DNA of 64,000 nucleotides, taken from assembly GCA_043228905.1 (NCBI GenBank), contig JBHGNT010000017.1, forward strand, positions 15,996,001 to 16,060,000, given 5' to 3'. Origin of the DNA: Azolla caroliniana. Its lineage: Eukaryota; Plantae; Polypodiophyta. The notes beneath the pieces were generated by a model. It was not told the DNA's origin and ran no database searches. It was given only the letters and a program-made list of their open reading frames with translations. Within the stretch, counting starts at the first letter, position 1. Each line of letters opens with the position of its first letter. The position numbers and the translations under genes were made by a program. Positions 37,430 through 51,793 of this stretch are shown here, piece after piece.

Positions 37430-39837
37430 CCTTTGCCATCCTAAATTATAGCCCTACAAAAGGGCGTTGAAGTGGTTGCCCCTACAATGGTCCATGAACA
37501 CAATGGCCCCCATACATAAAGGGGGGGACCCCATGGACCCAAATACATATAGGACCATTATGATAGGTCATACCCTTGCTAAATTATATGGTGGAGTAAT
37601 GGAGGCAGAGCTTAGCGATTATATGGAGACCTTAAATCTTTGTGCACCTAAACATGCTGGCTTTAGACGAGCCTTCTCCACTATTGATCATATCTTCACA
37701 CTTAGATGCTTAATTGACCAAACTAAGGCTCGCAAGAAGAAATTATATTGTTGTTTTGTGGACTTCCACAAAGCCTTTGACACGGTCCCTAGGGAGCGGT
37801 TGTTTGATAGGCTTAAAAGCTTGAGGATACCAGATGACATGGTTTGGGCCATCTACGCACTATATGAACAAGTGTCAGTGTGTGTTCGATGCCTAGGTGG
37901 CATATCTGATTGTCTCACTAGCACTATTGGTGTAAAACAAGGTTGCCCCCTATCTCCGACTCTTTTTGGGATCTACATTGATGAGATCACATATTTATTG
38001 CTCGTAAGGGAGGCAATGGAGTAGTCCTTGGGGATACATAGGTTCGTATCTTGCTCTATGCAGACGACATAGTTTTGCTCTCTGAATCTGAACATGACCT
38101 ACAAAGGCACCTTAATGCCTTAGATGACTTTTGCACACAACGAGGATTGGTAGTGAATCTAGGGAAAACCAAAGTCCTTATCTTCCACACATCGGCCCAA
38201 GTTAGAGCTAAGTGTCACCTAACTATCTCCCATGGCCAAATTGAGGTGGTTGATCATATGTCTATCTCGGAGTCACTTTCAGCGCCTGCTCAGGTAAATT
38301 TTCGATGACACAAGTAGTGAAGGATAGACTTACGAGAGGACATGCTTCCCTCTCACTCCTCGAGAGACAATGCCATCAAGCATACTTCCAAGAGCCACGA
38401 ACTAAAGGGTGGCTCTTTGACTCATTAGTGACTCCCTCCCTCATGTATGCATCAGTGGTTTGGGCTCCAAGACTACCATCTTTCATGTGGACGCAATTAG
38501 AGAGACCATTGGTGATGATGTTATCACGCCAACTCCGAATCAAATCGACGGTCCCACATGACATTATTAGGGCTGAGTTCGCTCTACCCCCGATGTTAGT
38601 AGAAGCACTTTTTCAACTTGTAGTCTTTATCCATATGATACATAGCCAACCACATGATAGAATATCCCATCAAGCCTTTAAAGTCTCTTGAGCACTGTAT
38701 GAGTCCGGCTATACTAGCTCATGGTATGACATGATGGTGAGTTGGCTTCTTGTGAACGGTCTAGACATTAATAACCTCCCCCCCCTTAAGTACGACCATG
38801 TGATTGATAACACTTTAATCTCTCATGAGGACCACAATAAAGTAATACTCCAAGAAATATGGCAAATTTATACTTGGTATAAATGGATCACCCCACTAGA
38901 GCCACTCCCATCTAAAATGTTGTGCTATAAGGAACACTTCATGCACTTCTCTAAGTTAGGTTTTATTATGCCGCCAAATATATAAATTTATTCTTACCAC
39001 ATGCACTAAGGGTTGTCATTGGTCAACTTAGAATATCATCTCACCAACTTGAGATTGAGAATGGACGTACTAATGGAGTCCCTAGGGAGGAAAGGATATG
39101 TAGGTTATGCCACATAGAGATGGAGGATGAGTACCACTTTACATGCAAATGTCCCACCTATGCTGAGATAAGGGCAAAATACCAACACATACTTGGTTTA
39201 TCTCCCACTCTCCCTAAACTATTAGATACACTAGATATAAAGAAATTAGGTAGATACATCCTAGAATTGAAACAACGCAGAGAGAATAAGTTACAAAATG
39301 TTGACAATAATGTTGCTAATGTTTACCAACATGTAACAAATGAAGTTTTTCAGGAACATGGGGAGACAACGAATGTTGACACACCCGCACCACTCGAGCT
39401 TTTCCTTGATGAAGCAGAAAATCAAAGAAGAACCAAATGCCCTCAGATGTCGAGTTTCAAAGCAACTCGATGTGATGTAGAAGCAATAAAGAAAATAAGG
39501 GAACGTGAGCTACACCGCCTAGAAGCCATGGTTGGGGCACTCTATACACTGGGGTCATGGGTCACACCCACACCAAAACCCTTTGACCTCCCACTTCTTT
39601 TCGAAAGGCTTGGGCGGAAATGAAATTAGGCTTAGTGCAAAGTCACTTCAACAATCGAGTATACCATGGTTTGTACACTACTAGAACTCTTTTAGCTTAA
39701 GCTATTTTTACTTTACTTTTATTTTAGTTTTGATGATTGGATAAATACCCATTTTTGTTGTAAACCAACTGTCTCATGGGCCAATTTTGGCCTTAGAAGA
39801 CGTTAATATATCTTTCTCTCTCTCTCTCTCTCTCTCT
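37430..39837 (+). mobile_element. 5'-truncated decayed copy 3 of the RTEX/L2-like LINE
   Basis: ORF pieces match copy 1 ORF2 (MNTMAPIHKGGD..LLFERLGRK); same 3' module and (TC)n tail. Confidence 0.93.
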
Positions 39838-40330
39838 AGATACTAATATGATCCCAAGCAAGAATTATTACCAAAGACATCACAGGATTGTTTGTCCCTT
39901 CAAAAGCTGCATTTAATTCAGGCTCTCCTAGCAGTTCTATGGAATTTATCTGGTCTACTCCTTCTAGTGCTCTAGATTCTATGTCAATATGATTATTTGA
40001 ACCTTTTTTGGCAATTGACGGGTAATCTGCTTGCCTAATTCTTACTATTGTAAATGACCTTGGGACTTCCATTTCTTCAAAAAATGTATCTTCAATTGAC
40101 AATCCAATGAAGTGAGAGATGCATTGAGCTTTTGATTTTGTCCTTACAAATTCAGAGACTTCAATCCAATTGTTCCAATATAGTTCAAGGGCTTCTAACA
40201 ACATTAAGTTCTCTTGATCGCTCAATGGACATTATCACAAATATCTACTACCTCAGCAGAATACCCATTTGACAGAACAAAATCTGATGTAGTCATATTA
40301 TCGAGCCTTAGAACTCGAGTAAAACCACAT
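39838..40330 (-). pseudogene. SWI3-like (SWI/SNF subunit) fragment: SANT domain and SWIRM-associated segment
   Basis: SDQENLMLLEALELY..NWIEVSEFVRTKSKAQCISHFIGLSIED and NPVMSLV match SWI3. The Trp before SDQE is a TGA stop and conserved residues are substituted. Confidence 0.8.
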
Positions 40331-40734
40331 GAGTTCCCCTATTGATGTTTTACTCATAGATTTGAGTACTACATCTTTGCTCACAACACCACCACCACTT
40401 CTATCAATTTGTGGCTTATGTCACAATTGTGCAAATTACAACCACCATATTGGGATGGATAGGTGCATACGTCACAAATCCATTTATTGGTGGTATTTTT
40501 GTTTAATAGACAACGCATGGTTTTTGAACCTTGTTTTCGTCACTTCTTGACTCTTATAGATAGTGACTTCTTTTTCTCTTTTTTTCATAACATTTGCTTG
40601 CTACTCGCAAGACTAGAATATTACTTGCGAGTGCACTTGTTTTTTCACGTAATACACTTTCTCGACCATATCAATACATGTTGGTTTGGCATTCTAATAT
40701 AAGGCTAACTAGGAAACTACATTGATGTTAGAAC

Positions 40735-40899
40735 CATGGTTGAGCCTCGGGGAGCCGCCATGACTATTCAAGATAGAGATCCGAGAAAGACACCTTAGCT
40801 ATGTTTTCCCCCATGGTTTTTAAAACACCATAGTGTTACCATAGTTATCGGATCTCGAATCACATCTAATATGTCTAGAGAGGTAAAGATGTGAGATGC
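40735..40899 (+). ncRNA. Putative structured cis-RNA in a gypsy leader (copy 1)
   Basis: Non-coding block conserved with 60341-60501, with compensatory stem changes. Confidence 0.55.
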
Positions 40900-43800
40900 T
40901 TTCTTGGTAAAGTTCTTCCAATCAAAATTTCAAGCATTCATTTTGCTTGTGTATTTTCTGAACCTCCTTATTTATATTGCATAACCACATCTTGCATCAT
41001 GGAACAAGTTTTGAATGTTGTTGGAGCGATCTCTTCGACCGAAACCTCTCAACTCCAATCCACATCTCACACACAAGCTGAGATCAATATTGAGCAATTG
41101 CTCACTACTACCTTGAATCAATTGGCCGAAATGAGGCAAGCCAATATGGCATTGGAAAAGAAATTCCAAGAATTGACTATTGAGTCCAAGAAAGAAGGTG
41201 AACCTTCTTTCGTAGTAACACCATTCAAGGGAGATAAGAAAGAAAGAACCGAGGAGGCCATTAACACTTGGCTTGGTCGTTGGGAGTCTCACTTTGAGCT
41301 CCACCCCAAGCCCGATGCTGTAAAAATTGGTTATGTAGGTCGTGAGTTAGGTGGCCGAGCTGCTACATGGTGGCACGGCCTAAGGACTACAAAGAACTTA
41401 CCCACAACTTGGGAAGGTTTCGTTGATGTTTTTAAGGAATAGTTTTTGCAGCCACCTTCTCAAAGTGAACAAGCGCAACACTTGCTCACGTTGTCGAGTA
41501 AGCCATTTACCTCTCTCGAGGATTATGTACATCATGCTTGGACCCAGATCCAAAAATCGGGACTTACGGGTGAGAAATGGTTTGTTGCTTGCTTTTTGAA
41601 TGGTATTCCCAATGGGGATTACCATTGGATTGTCCATGACAAGGACCCCACAACTTTCGAGGAAGCCGTCAACATTGTACTTCGGTACAATAGGACTTCC
41701 AAGAAAGACCACAATAAACCTGAGTTCGCCAAAACTCCGAATGTCAAGTTCATTGGGAAACGTAAGCAATCCAGTGACACTCTTGACCGCGACTCCAAGA
41801 AACCGAACCTCTTTTGTGCATATTGCAAGAAGCGGAGCCACACAAAGGATACCTGTCGTCGTCTTGAGAGGAAGTCAATGAACACCCCTCCTCAAGACAA
41901 ATCTACGAGTCACACATGTGAGTCTTTTGATGTTTTGAAGTTCATACCAACCACTTAAGTTCATGTGAATGCACTTTTCCTTCACATTTACTTGGACCTA
42001 ATGATTTACTCCGAGCAGTCGGGTATATCAATGGAACACAAGCACATTTCTTGTTTGATTCCGATAGTTCTCACAATTTTCTTAATGATCACTTTGTGCA
42101 GCAAATGGAACTCCACATAAACGCAAGCGATCATATCTATGAAGTTCACATGGCAAATGGAAGCGTTCAATACATCAGTGGCATTGTTTGTCAACTGCCA
42201 ATTCAAATAGATACCTATTTGAAGAAGCTAGACTTTGATGTTATGAAACTACAATCCGCAGATTTCATTTTAGGATACCCTTGGTTTTTTTAATAAAAAC
42301 CCTTCTTTGTCCATTGATTGGGTTCATCACTCAATCACATTTGAACTTAATAATTGTAAACATTTTATTCAATGTTCCAAACTTCCTTCTCATTCATGTC
42401 TTCTAATCTTTAAGTGAGTATTTTAGTTCATTAATGTATTCGTGTGTAATTGATCCCACGCTTGAATTTTATTATTTTAATATTGACGCCACACAATTAC
42501 CACATTATGAACAACGATTACTCGACTCTATTTTAGACGATTTTCAAGACGTGTTTCCTAACTAATTGCCGCTTACGTTACCACCAAAACGTAATGTGGA
42601 CCATCAAATTGAATTCATCCCTGGTGTTGCTCCTGTGAGCATTCCACCTTACCGACTTAGTCGATTAGAAGAGGATGAGATCGTTAAACAACTTAAGGAA
42701 TACTTGAGTATGGGCCACATTAGGTATAGTAAATCACCTTGGGGTGCGCTAGTACTATTAGTTAAGAAGAAGGAAGGTTCATGGCGAATGTGTATCAATT
42801 GTCGCCGTTTGAATAAAATGACAATTAAAAATGCATATTCGTTACCTCGTGCCGATGATTTGATTGATTGTTTGCATGGGCCCCGATATTTTACGAAAAT
42901 TGACTTGCAAACAGGTTATCATTAGATTCACATTGTCAAGGATGATATTCCTAAAACCGCTTTTTGTACACGTTATGGCCATTATGAGTTTTTAGTCATG
43001 CCTTTCGGGTTGACTAATACTCCAACCACATTCCAACAAGTGATGAATGACGTTTTCCGATATCAACTCAGTGATTTTGTTGTTGTCTTCTTGGATGATA
43101 TTTTGATATATAGTTGTACCTTGCAAGATCATGTTCAACATGTTCTATTTGTTTTGCAAAAGTTGCGTGATAACTCTTTCTATGCAAAATATTCAAAATG
43201 TGATTTTTTCCAAAAATCTATTGTGTACCTAGGTCATTTAATTACGGAAAATGGCGTTGAAATTGAACCTCCTCGTATTGAAAAGGTTAAACTTTGGCCC
43301 ATTCCTCGTAATATTCGTGAATTACGATCATTCTTAGGGTTTGTTGGATTTTTACGAAAATCAATTCATAACTATTCCAAATTGACTACGCCATTAACTG
43401 ACCTTTTAAAAGGTCATCCACGTAAGTCTGTCAAACCGATTGCATGGAATGTACAACTTGACAAATCATTTGAGACACTCAAAGAGCATGTGTGTCAGGC
43501 TCCCCCTCTTTTATTACAGGACCCTTCTAAGCCTTTCTCAATTGAAACCGTTGCTAGTGATTTTGCTATTGGTGTCGTTCTTTATCAAGGCGGTCACCCT
43601 ACTGCTTTTGAAAGTAAGAAGCTTGATGCTGCTCAATCTCGGTATTCGGTTCAAGAGAAAGAGTTGTTTGCGGTAATACATGCACTTAAAACATGGAGGC
43701 ACTATCTCTATGGAAATAAATTTGTGGTTGTAACAACAGACCATCAATCATTGAAGTATTTTTGTGACCAGACAGATCTTGTTGGTCGTAAAGGCCGTTG

Positions 43801-45878
43801 GGCTGACCTTATGCAAGATTTTGATTTTTCCATACGATATCGCAAGGGTTCTATGAACACCGTTGCAAATGCTCTTAGTCACATTAAAGAAGTTAACATG
43901 CTTAGCTTCACGGGAAATAAAATCTGATCTTTTAGATCACCTTCGAGGGAAATACCTTGATGACAATTATTTTCGAAATACTGGACGAAAGTCGAATCTA
44001 GTTTAGATGTCGATACTATCACCTTACCCTCTAAGGCGACCTTTCACATTACAAACGGTTTGCTCTACCGTAGTGGAAAGGTATGTGTTCCAGATTTACC
44101 AAACGTAAAACAGAAAATTCTTCATGAATATCATTATGCACCATCTGTTGCTCATCTTGGAATACAATGCACACTCGTTCTCATCTCGAGTACTTTTTTC
44201 TATCCTAAGATGCGCTCTGACGTGCATAAATACGTAACTCAATGCTTACAATGTCAGATTAATAGGTCAGAACAACTTAAAGTTGCGGGTCTTTTACATC
44301 CCTCAGATATTCCCAACAACAAATGGGAAAGTATCTCGATGGATTTTATTGTTAGTTTACCTCATACACAGAGGGGCCATGATGCCATTTGGGTTGTCGT
44401 TGACAAACTAACAAAATTGGCTAGATTTATTCCCACCAAAACCACGATAACTGCTCAACAATTGGCATATCAATTTGTTGATGAGTTATTTCGCTTTTAT
44501 GGATTACCGATGGATATTGTTAGTGGTCGAGATTCCAAGTTTACTAGTGACTTTTGGACTCAGGTCTTTAAGAAACGAGAAACTACGTTGAGCATGAGTT
44601 CCACAGATCATCCTTAGTCTAATGGACAAACTGAACGAGTTAATCAAATTATTGAGGACATGCTTTGAGCTTATGTAGCAAAAACCCCTTCTAAGTGGGA
44701 GCAATACCTTCCTATCTTAGAATTTGCCTATAATAGCTCTAAACATACATCCACAAGATATAGTCCTTTTATGTTGATGTATGGTTTTCAGCCACGTGCC
44801 CTAGTTGATGTCACGATACATCGTGATACATTAGACAGTACATGCAATTTTTTGCAAGACATGAACCAACTGTTGCATATTGTCAAAGAGAATGTCAAGA
44901 CAACTCAATATCGTGCTCGATTTTATGTTGATCAGGATAGACATCCTCATGCATTTACTATTGGTCAAAAAGTTTTTTTGTGTGTCCCTACTAACTCTAC
45001 TTCATTGTCTACGGGCAAGTGCGCTAAGTTAGCCCGATGATATTGTGGCCCATTTGAGATCCTTAAGCGGATTGGGTCATCTGCTTATCACCTTGCCTTA
45101 CCCCGTAACGTTGGTATTTATCCTGTTTTTCACGTCAGTCGTCTAAAACCATTTTTAGGCTCTGGTGATAACACCATCACAATCTAAGATCTTGTAACAT
45201 TAGAGGATTTTTCTTACAAACCTCATGTTCCTGAACGAATTCTCGATTCTCGTACTAAACGTTTACGTTCTAATGAGATTCGGCTATTCAAGATCAAATG
45301 GATGGATAAACCTATTGATTATGCCACATGGGAACGCGAGCATACTCTTAAGGCACAATTTCCTCACTTTATATTGCAAGAGTGTAATCTTTTGAAGTAG
45401 GGGAGTATGTTATGTACACATAACGTTGGTGAGGGTAGGTCACTAATATTTACATTAGTGAAGGGTATGTTCACTAATGTTAAAAAGTGGACTAATGATT
45501 GGATAGAAGGAATGATAGGTGTATGCACTCATGATTTGGACAACCAATGAATGGAGAGCCTTTTAGAAAGGCACATCTATTCAAGGGGCCTAGGAAAAGG
45601 TATAAATATGAGGCTTAGCTACCCTCATAAGGACATTACATCGGAAGGTTGTTGTCTTAGACACTGGTGGTGCAGGCTAGGCTTTCATCTTAACGATCGT
45701 GTTTATCTCTTCCAAGGTATTAGTCATCCTAATATCTGGCAGTATGGGACGTCAGTGGTAGGTTGTCTATGTCTAGATCATAACTCGGGGGTGGTCGGGT
45801 GGAACGGGTTCTTCTATCCATTCTATTTTCCTCCTTTTACTTTACTTTGGTCTATTGATTAGTAATAGACTCTTAACA
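40735..45878 (+). mobile_element. Ty3/gypsy chromovirus (Tekay/Reina-like), 5' LTR missing, decayed
   Basis: gag from 40999 with CAYC..H..C, PR FDSDSSHNF, RT MPFGL/FLDD, RH, IN WESISMDF and chromodomain KW..ATWE. PPT AGTAGGGGAGTA; 3' LTR at 45408-45878. Confidence 0.93.
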
Positions 45879-45887
45879 ACAAGCCGC

Positions 45888-46500
45888 CTATTGGATTGAA
45901 TTGAAACGAGGAGCCGACCACCTATCGGGATGAAGGGAGTCTAGGAGCTGCCCATCGAATCGAACCGGGTCTAAAAGCCACCCATCGGATCGAATCGAAA
46001 TGAGGAGCGAGCCACATATCAGGATCGAAGCGAGTCTCAGAACTGCCCATCGAATTGAACAAGGTCTACAAAGCCACCCATATCTAATGGAATCGAAAGT
46101 AGGAGCCACCTATCGAGATCGAAGCGAGTCTAGGAGTTGGGCATTGAATCGAATGGGGTCTACAAAGCCACCCATATCTAATGGAATCAAAAGTAGGAGC
46201 CACCTATCGAGATCGAAGCGAGAGTAGGAGCTAGGCATCGAATCAAACGGGGTCTACAAAGCCACCCATATCTGATCGAATCGGAAACCAGGAGCTAGGC
46301 ATCGAATTGAACGGGGTCTACAAAGCCACCCATATCTGATCGAATCGGAAACCAGGAGCTGGGCATCGAGTTGAACGGGGGTCTACAAAGCCATCCATAT
46401 CTGATCGAATCAGAAACCAGGGGCCACCTATCGAATCAGAGCGAGTCGAGGAGCCACCACATTGAATCGAGAGGGGGTCTACAAGGCAGCGATCGGATCG
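45888..46500. repeat. Complex minisatellite (about 60- and 88-bp units) upstream of VSR
   Basis: Recurring ATCGAATCGAA, GGGTCTACAAAGCCACCCATATCT and AGGAGC modules. Confidence 0.85.
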
Positions 46501-46755
46501 AAGGGAGCGTAGGAGGCGGGCGCGCGCCCATGGGACAGACAGATAGAACCTGGTGGTGGTCTCTACGAGGCGGCGCCCATCTGAGAGTGGGAGAGACGGC
46601 CATCCATCCAGATCCATCCATCCCATTTCCTGACTGAAATTGGAAGTATGAAGAAACTGCCCAATTCTGTGTGTGTCATCATTCTGTCTGTCTGATTCCT
46701 GTGTTTTTTGTATGCAGAACAGAAAAGAAAGACAGTGAGAGTGAGAGTGAGAGTT

Positions 46756-46803
<48 letters not shown>

Positions 46804-46830
46804 CTCTCCACTCCCCCTCGGAGCAGTGGT

Positions 46831-49800
46831 ATGATGCTCATCATCGCATTGCTCCTCCTCGCTTCCTCACCTCTTCTTGCTGTCTGCCGCTTCGTGGTGG
46901 AGAAGAACAGCCTCGCCGTCGTCTCCCCGGAGTCCCTCAAAGGCAACTATGACAGTGCCATCGGTAACTTCGGAATCCCGCAGTATGGTGGGACCCTGTC
47001 AGGAACTGTCATTTCCCCCAAAGAGAACCTTAATGCTTGTAAAGACTTCAGTTCAACTGACCTCTTCCGATCTCCTCCTGGTGGCATGCCTATCTTCCTC
47101 ATGGTCGTCCGTGGAGGTATTTGCTCAAAACAAAAAAAATAAATTTATCTGATTTCCTGTTCCTCTCGAAGTCTTGGCTGCCGATTCTATGTTCTCGCAA
47201 CAACTGTAGTGGCTTCGTTTCCCAAGATTAACCTGTTGTTTCTTGCCCGTTTCGCAACTGTAGTGCCTTGCTTATGAAGTATAAGCCATTATATTCTCGT
47301 GTTTCACAGTTGTGTTCTGATCTTATCCCGAAGTTTAAATGATCCATTTCTAGAGGTTTCAGAGCTTTGCTTAGTGCCTTACGAAGTTTACAATATTGAT
47401 TCGACATTTATTTCATGGATTCTTGGGTTTCACAGCTATTCTCAAGTCTCTTTTGAATCGTCGCAATAGATTCTAGGGACCTGGTTTCACATCTTGAGCT
47501 TGGGATTAGATGATGCCACAGGGGTCTTGGTTGCATATATACCCTAGGATAAGTTACGGATCATAGGGGGTTTGCATTTGAAGCTTAAGCTAAGGATTGA
47601 GTACAAGTATTTTTTTTTTTTTTAAATTTAATTGCTAATTTCTTAGTTTTGAAAGTTAAGACTGTATCGGAGCGTCCTTTGACATTAAAGCCATAGATCT
47701 CTAGGCCCTCTTCTGAAGTTTAATCTATGGCCTATAGGGTCTCACAACATTGTGTCAAGGTTATTTCCAACTTTGAGCTACAGATTCCAGGGTTTCAAAG
47801 CTGCATTGAGTCTTTGAAGTTTAAGACATGGATTGCAGGTTTCGCAGCTGTTCTGAGTTTTCTTTGATATTAACATAATGTTGTACAGCTGTAATGAGTC
47901 TTGTTCGATGCATACACAATAGATTCTAGAGTTTCACTCCCATGTTGATCTCTTTCAAAGTTCAAGCTATGGATATTTATGGTTTTACAACTGTGCTGAG
48001 ACCCTGTGTTATGCACAGATTGCTATTTTGCCTTGAAGGTATGGAATGCACAGAAAGCTGGAGCTGCAGCTGTGCTTGTGGTGGACGATAGAGTTGAGCC
48101 TTTGATAACCATGGACTCTCCGGGGGAAGATGAAGGTGCTTCACATTATCTCAACAATATCACTATTCCCTCGGCTTTAATCGAGAAAAAATTTGGTGAT
48201 GAATTGAAGAAGGCCATTGAGAGTAATAACATGGTAAGTCTAAAACTGGATTGGCGGGAAGCTGTTCCACATCCTGATGCCAGAGTTGAGTATGAAATTT
48301 GGGCCAACAGTAATGATGAATGTGGTACCAAGTGTGATACACAGACTGACTTTGTAAAGAATTTTAAAGGAGCGGCTCAGTTGCTCGAGAAGGGTGGATT
48401 TACCATGTTTACACCCCATTATATTACGTGGTATTGCCCAGGGGCCTTCATTCTTAGTAGGCAATGCAAGTCACAATGCATAAACCATGGACGCTACTGT
48501 GCACCAGATCCAGAGCAAGATTTTAATAAGGGCTACGATGGCAAGGATGTTGTATTGGAAAACTTGCGACAGCTTTGTGTATACAATGTCGCTAATGAGA
48601 CCCAAAAATCATGGGTTTGGTGGGATTATGTCACAGACTTCCACATTAGATGTCCTATGAAGGAGAAGAAATACAACCAGCAGTGTGCTGAAGGAATAAT
48701 CAAATCTTTAGGTGTGTCTTCTTACTATCCATTTTCTATTTGTTTATCTTTTCTTAGTTATGTGGTAATTAGTGCTGGACTACACTTTGGACAAAGATAA
48801 AGCTAACGGCGATCAATTTGATACTTTCCATGTGCTAGGGTTGGATGTAGCAAAAATCAGAGACTGTATGGGAAATCCAGATGCTGATGCTGACAATGTC
48901 ATTTTAAAGAGAGAACAAGATGCACAGGTATCATGTTTTCCCTTCCTCTTTTAGACATGAAGGCAATGATATATGACTGGACTTTCCTATTTAACATAAT
49001 CCTCAACAGATTGGAAAAGGCACACGGGGGGATGTGACAATTCTGCCAACTATCATTGTGAACAATAGGCAATATCGAGGTTTGTTTATCCATTTTAATG
49101 ATTGTCTCATTAGTACCTACATATACTTCATACATATGTATGTATAGTTGCATTCACATAATGCTACTTTTCTTTGGACATTTCTTGATGGAAAGCCTCA
49201 TATGACTCACATAAATCAATAGATTGTTTTCTATATGGATGATCATCTTGCTGATGTAGGTTGTATGTAGAGATCCATTAATTGTAGTGCGATGTTGGAC
49301 TATGGATCATTGCATAGTTTACTAAGCTATGACTAATTTGAAGTAAGTTTAATGATTGGATGCCTTTTGGAATGATTTTTAAACACTCTTTAGACTTTAA
49401 GGCTAAAGCTATGTGATTAAGTACTTAGGGAGTTATGAAAAAGCTTTGCAGCAAAAATGCTTATTGCAGTGGAGCTACATTTATGTTCCTGTGTAGCTTT
49501 GTGGTGTGGAAATGCTATTGGAGATGACAAGGGGTTGAGTGAAAGTGCACTGCAATTAGAGTATCATAGATGTAAATCTATCAGTCTTGTGAGGAAAACA
49601 AATCTGAATATTGTTTTGTAAAAAAGTTGGAAATAACCTACGGTTCCCGAGTTGAAAAATGGGAATTCCCATTTGCAATGTGAAAGTAGAGTGTCGATGC
49701 AGCTTGGTTGAATGAGAAAGGCATCATTGGATCTTATGATGTCCTCAAAGTGTGAGTTATATAGGAATTCCTTTACAGAGAGAAAAATAGGAGTACAATC

Positions 49801-51793
49801 GTAGCAAACTATGCAATATAAATGTGTTGAGGCTTATTTGTGAATCCTAATTCGCGTGCCATCATCTCTCTTGACCGGATGCATCAAATGGAGTCCATTT
49901 TAATACAATAAACATTCTATTCCGATTCTGTCGTGGCTCAGATGTTGTATGGTGAGAATGGTACATGCTCTCCCTTTTACACTACATGCATTGGGCCAAT
50001 GACCACCAATGCATTTGTATGTCCACTATAAATATATACATTGGGATGTCTAAGCCATTGTCATGCATGCACTCACTCATAAGGGCTTGGGCAAGTAAGG
50101 TGACTGTCAAATAAACCCTGTTTCAAGAATGTGGGAATGCATTTCCCCCCATGCCCCATTCTAGGTTTGTGTAAACTGTAAGATATTTAAGTTTGGTTCT
50201 GGACAATAAATGTATGATATTGTAAACCATACAGTTATAGCTGATATTTAAGTTTGTTCTGGACAATAATTGTACTAAGCTAAATCAAAACGTTCTTTAC
50301 TGTTCACCATTGAAACTCCCAGTCTTTTTTTTGATTCCGATGTGGATAATCTTCCTGTTGCCTATTTCCTTGTGTCATTTGGCAGATGCAATATGTTTTA
50401 GGGTACGCAAAGCAAGGTCTTTGAGAATCATTTGTGATTTTGCGCAGGGAAGCTCGACAAAGGTGCTGTTTTGAAAGCTATTTGTGCAGGATTTCAAGAA
50501 ACAACAGAACCTCCAGTTTGCCTTAGTTCTGGTATGCCACCCTAATATAATTGCTTATAGAAATTTGACATCCATGTGTCTATAATGTTCTGCTTAAGCA
50601 TATGAAACACTTCATGTATTCCAATGGCACAGATATGCAGACAAACGAGTGCTTAACAAATAATGGTGGTTGCTGGCAGGATAAAACAACTAATCTCACG
50701 GCCTGCAAAGTAGGTTTTGTATTTCTGAATGTAATTGTTTTGTGCTCATTTCAATGTTTATTTACTGACTAACTCATACAGGATACATTCCGGGGTAGAG
50801 TTTGTGAATGCCCGTTGGTGGATGGTGTACAATTTCAAGGAGATGGATATGAATCTTGTAAAGGTAGGAAAACTTTTGAAGGTGGAAATAATTAGCTCAA
50901 TCATTTATCTTTAAAACATATATATTTTTTCCCAGCTATGGGTGACGGATGGTGCAAAATCCAAAATGGAGGTTGTTGGAATGAGACACGAGATGGGAAA
51001 GGATACTCAGCTTGCTCTGTAAGATTTCTATTTCCAATGGTTACTTGTAGATACCATTAGTTCCACTTTATCTTAATGATCCATTTGGAGAAAATGCAGG
51101 AATCTAAATCAAAATGCGAGTGTCCGGCTGGTTTTGAGGGCGATGGAATTCACAGTTGTAATGGTAAGCGACATCATCAATTAATTAATTTTATGAGATG
51201 CGTGGTCATTAGACATACCTTTATGCCTTTTGTTGCTGAAATGTAATTTTTGACACATTTTAACAGATATCGACGAATGCAAAGAGAAGCTTGCTTGTCA
51301 ATGCCCTGACTGCAGTTGCTCAAATACATGGGGTGGCTATGACTGCAAATGCCATGGAGATCTTTTGTATATCCGAGAGCATGATATGTGTATAAGTGAG
51401 TACACGTTTTTTCTGTCTTCCAAATGTATCAAGCAAAAGGACAAAACAAAAGTTTCTTAGTGCTTATGTACCCACATGTGACCTGATTCTGAACATTTGA
51501 TCTGGCAGGCAAGAAAGCAGTCACTTCTGGCTCTGTGTATATTGTAGTTATGATGATTCTTATGGGATTAGCTGCGGCAGGCATTGGAGCATATGTTGTT
51601 TATAAATATAGATTGCGGGTGAGTAGAGATTTGCAGTTTAGAAGATTGTATGTTTTCCCAAACTTCTCTAATCTTGTTGAGACTTTTTGCACTACAGTCA
51701 TACATGGACTCGGAAATAAGAGCTATCATGGCACAATACATGCCTCTTGACAGTCAGAATGAAGTTCATCGCCATGTCGAAGAGGAAACATAG
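46831..51793 (+). CDS. VSR: Vacuolar sorting receptor (BP-80/VSR). Exons 46831-47116, 48019-48711, 48839-48927, 49010-49079, 50448-50531, 50633-50709, 50782-50863, 50936-51018, 51100-51163, 51267-51395, 51509-51618, 51698-51793
   Basis: Signal peptide, [11 protein letters not shown] domain [29 protein letters not shown] repeats, transmembrane helix and cytosolic [16 protein letters not shown]. All introns are GT-AG. Confidence 0.96.
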
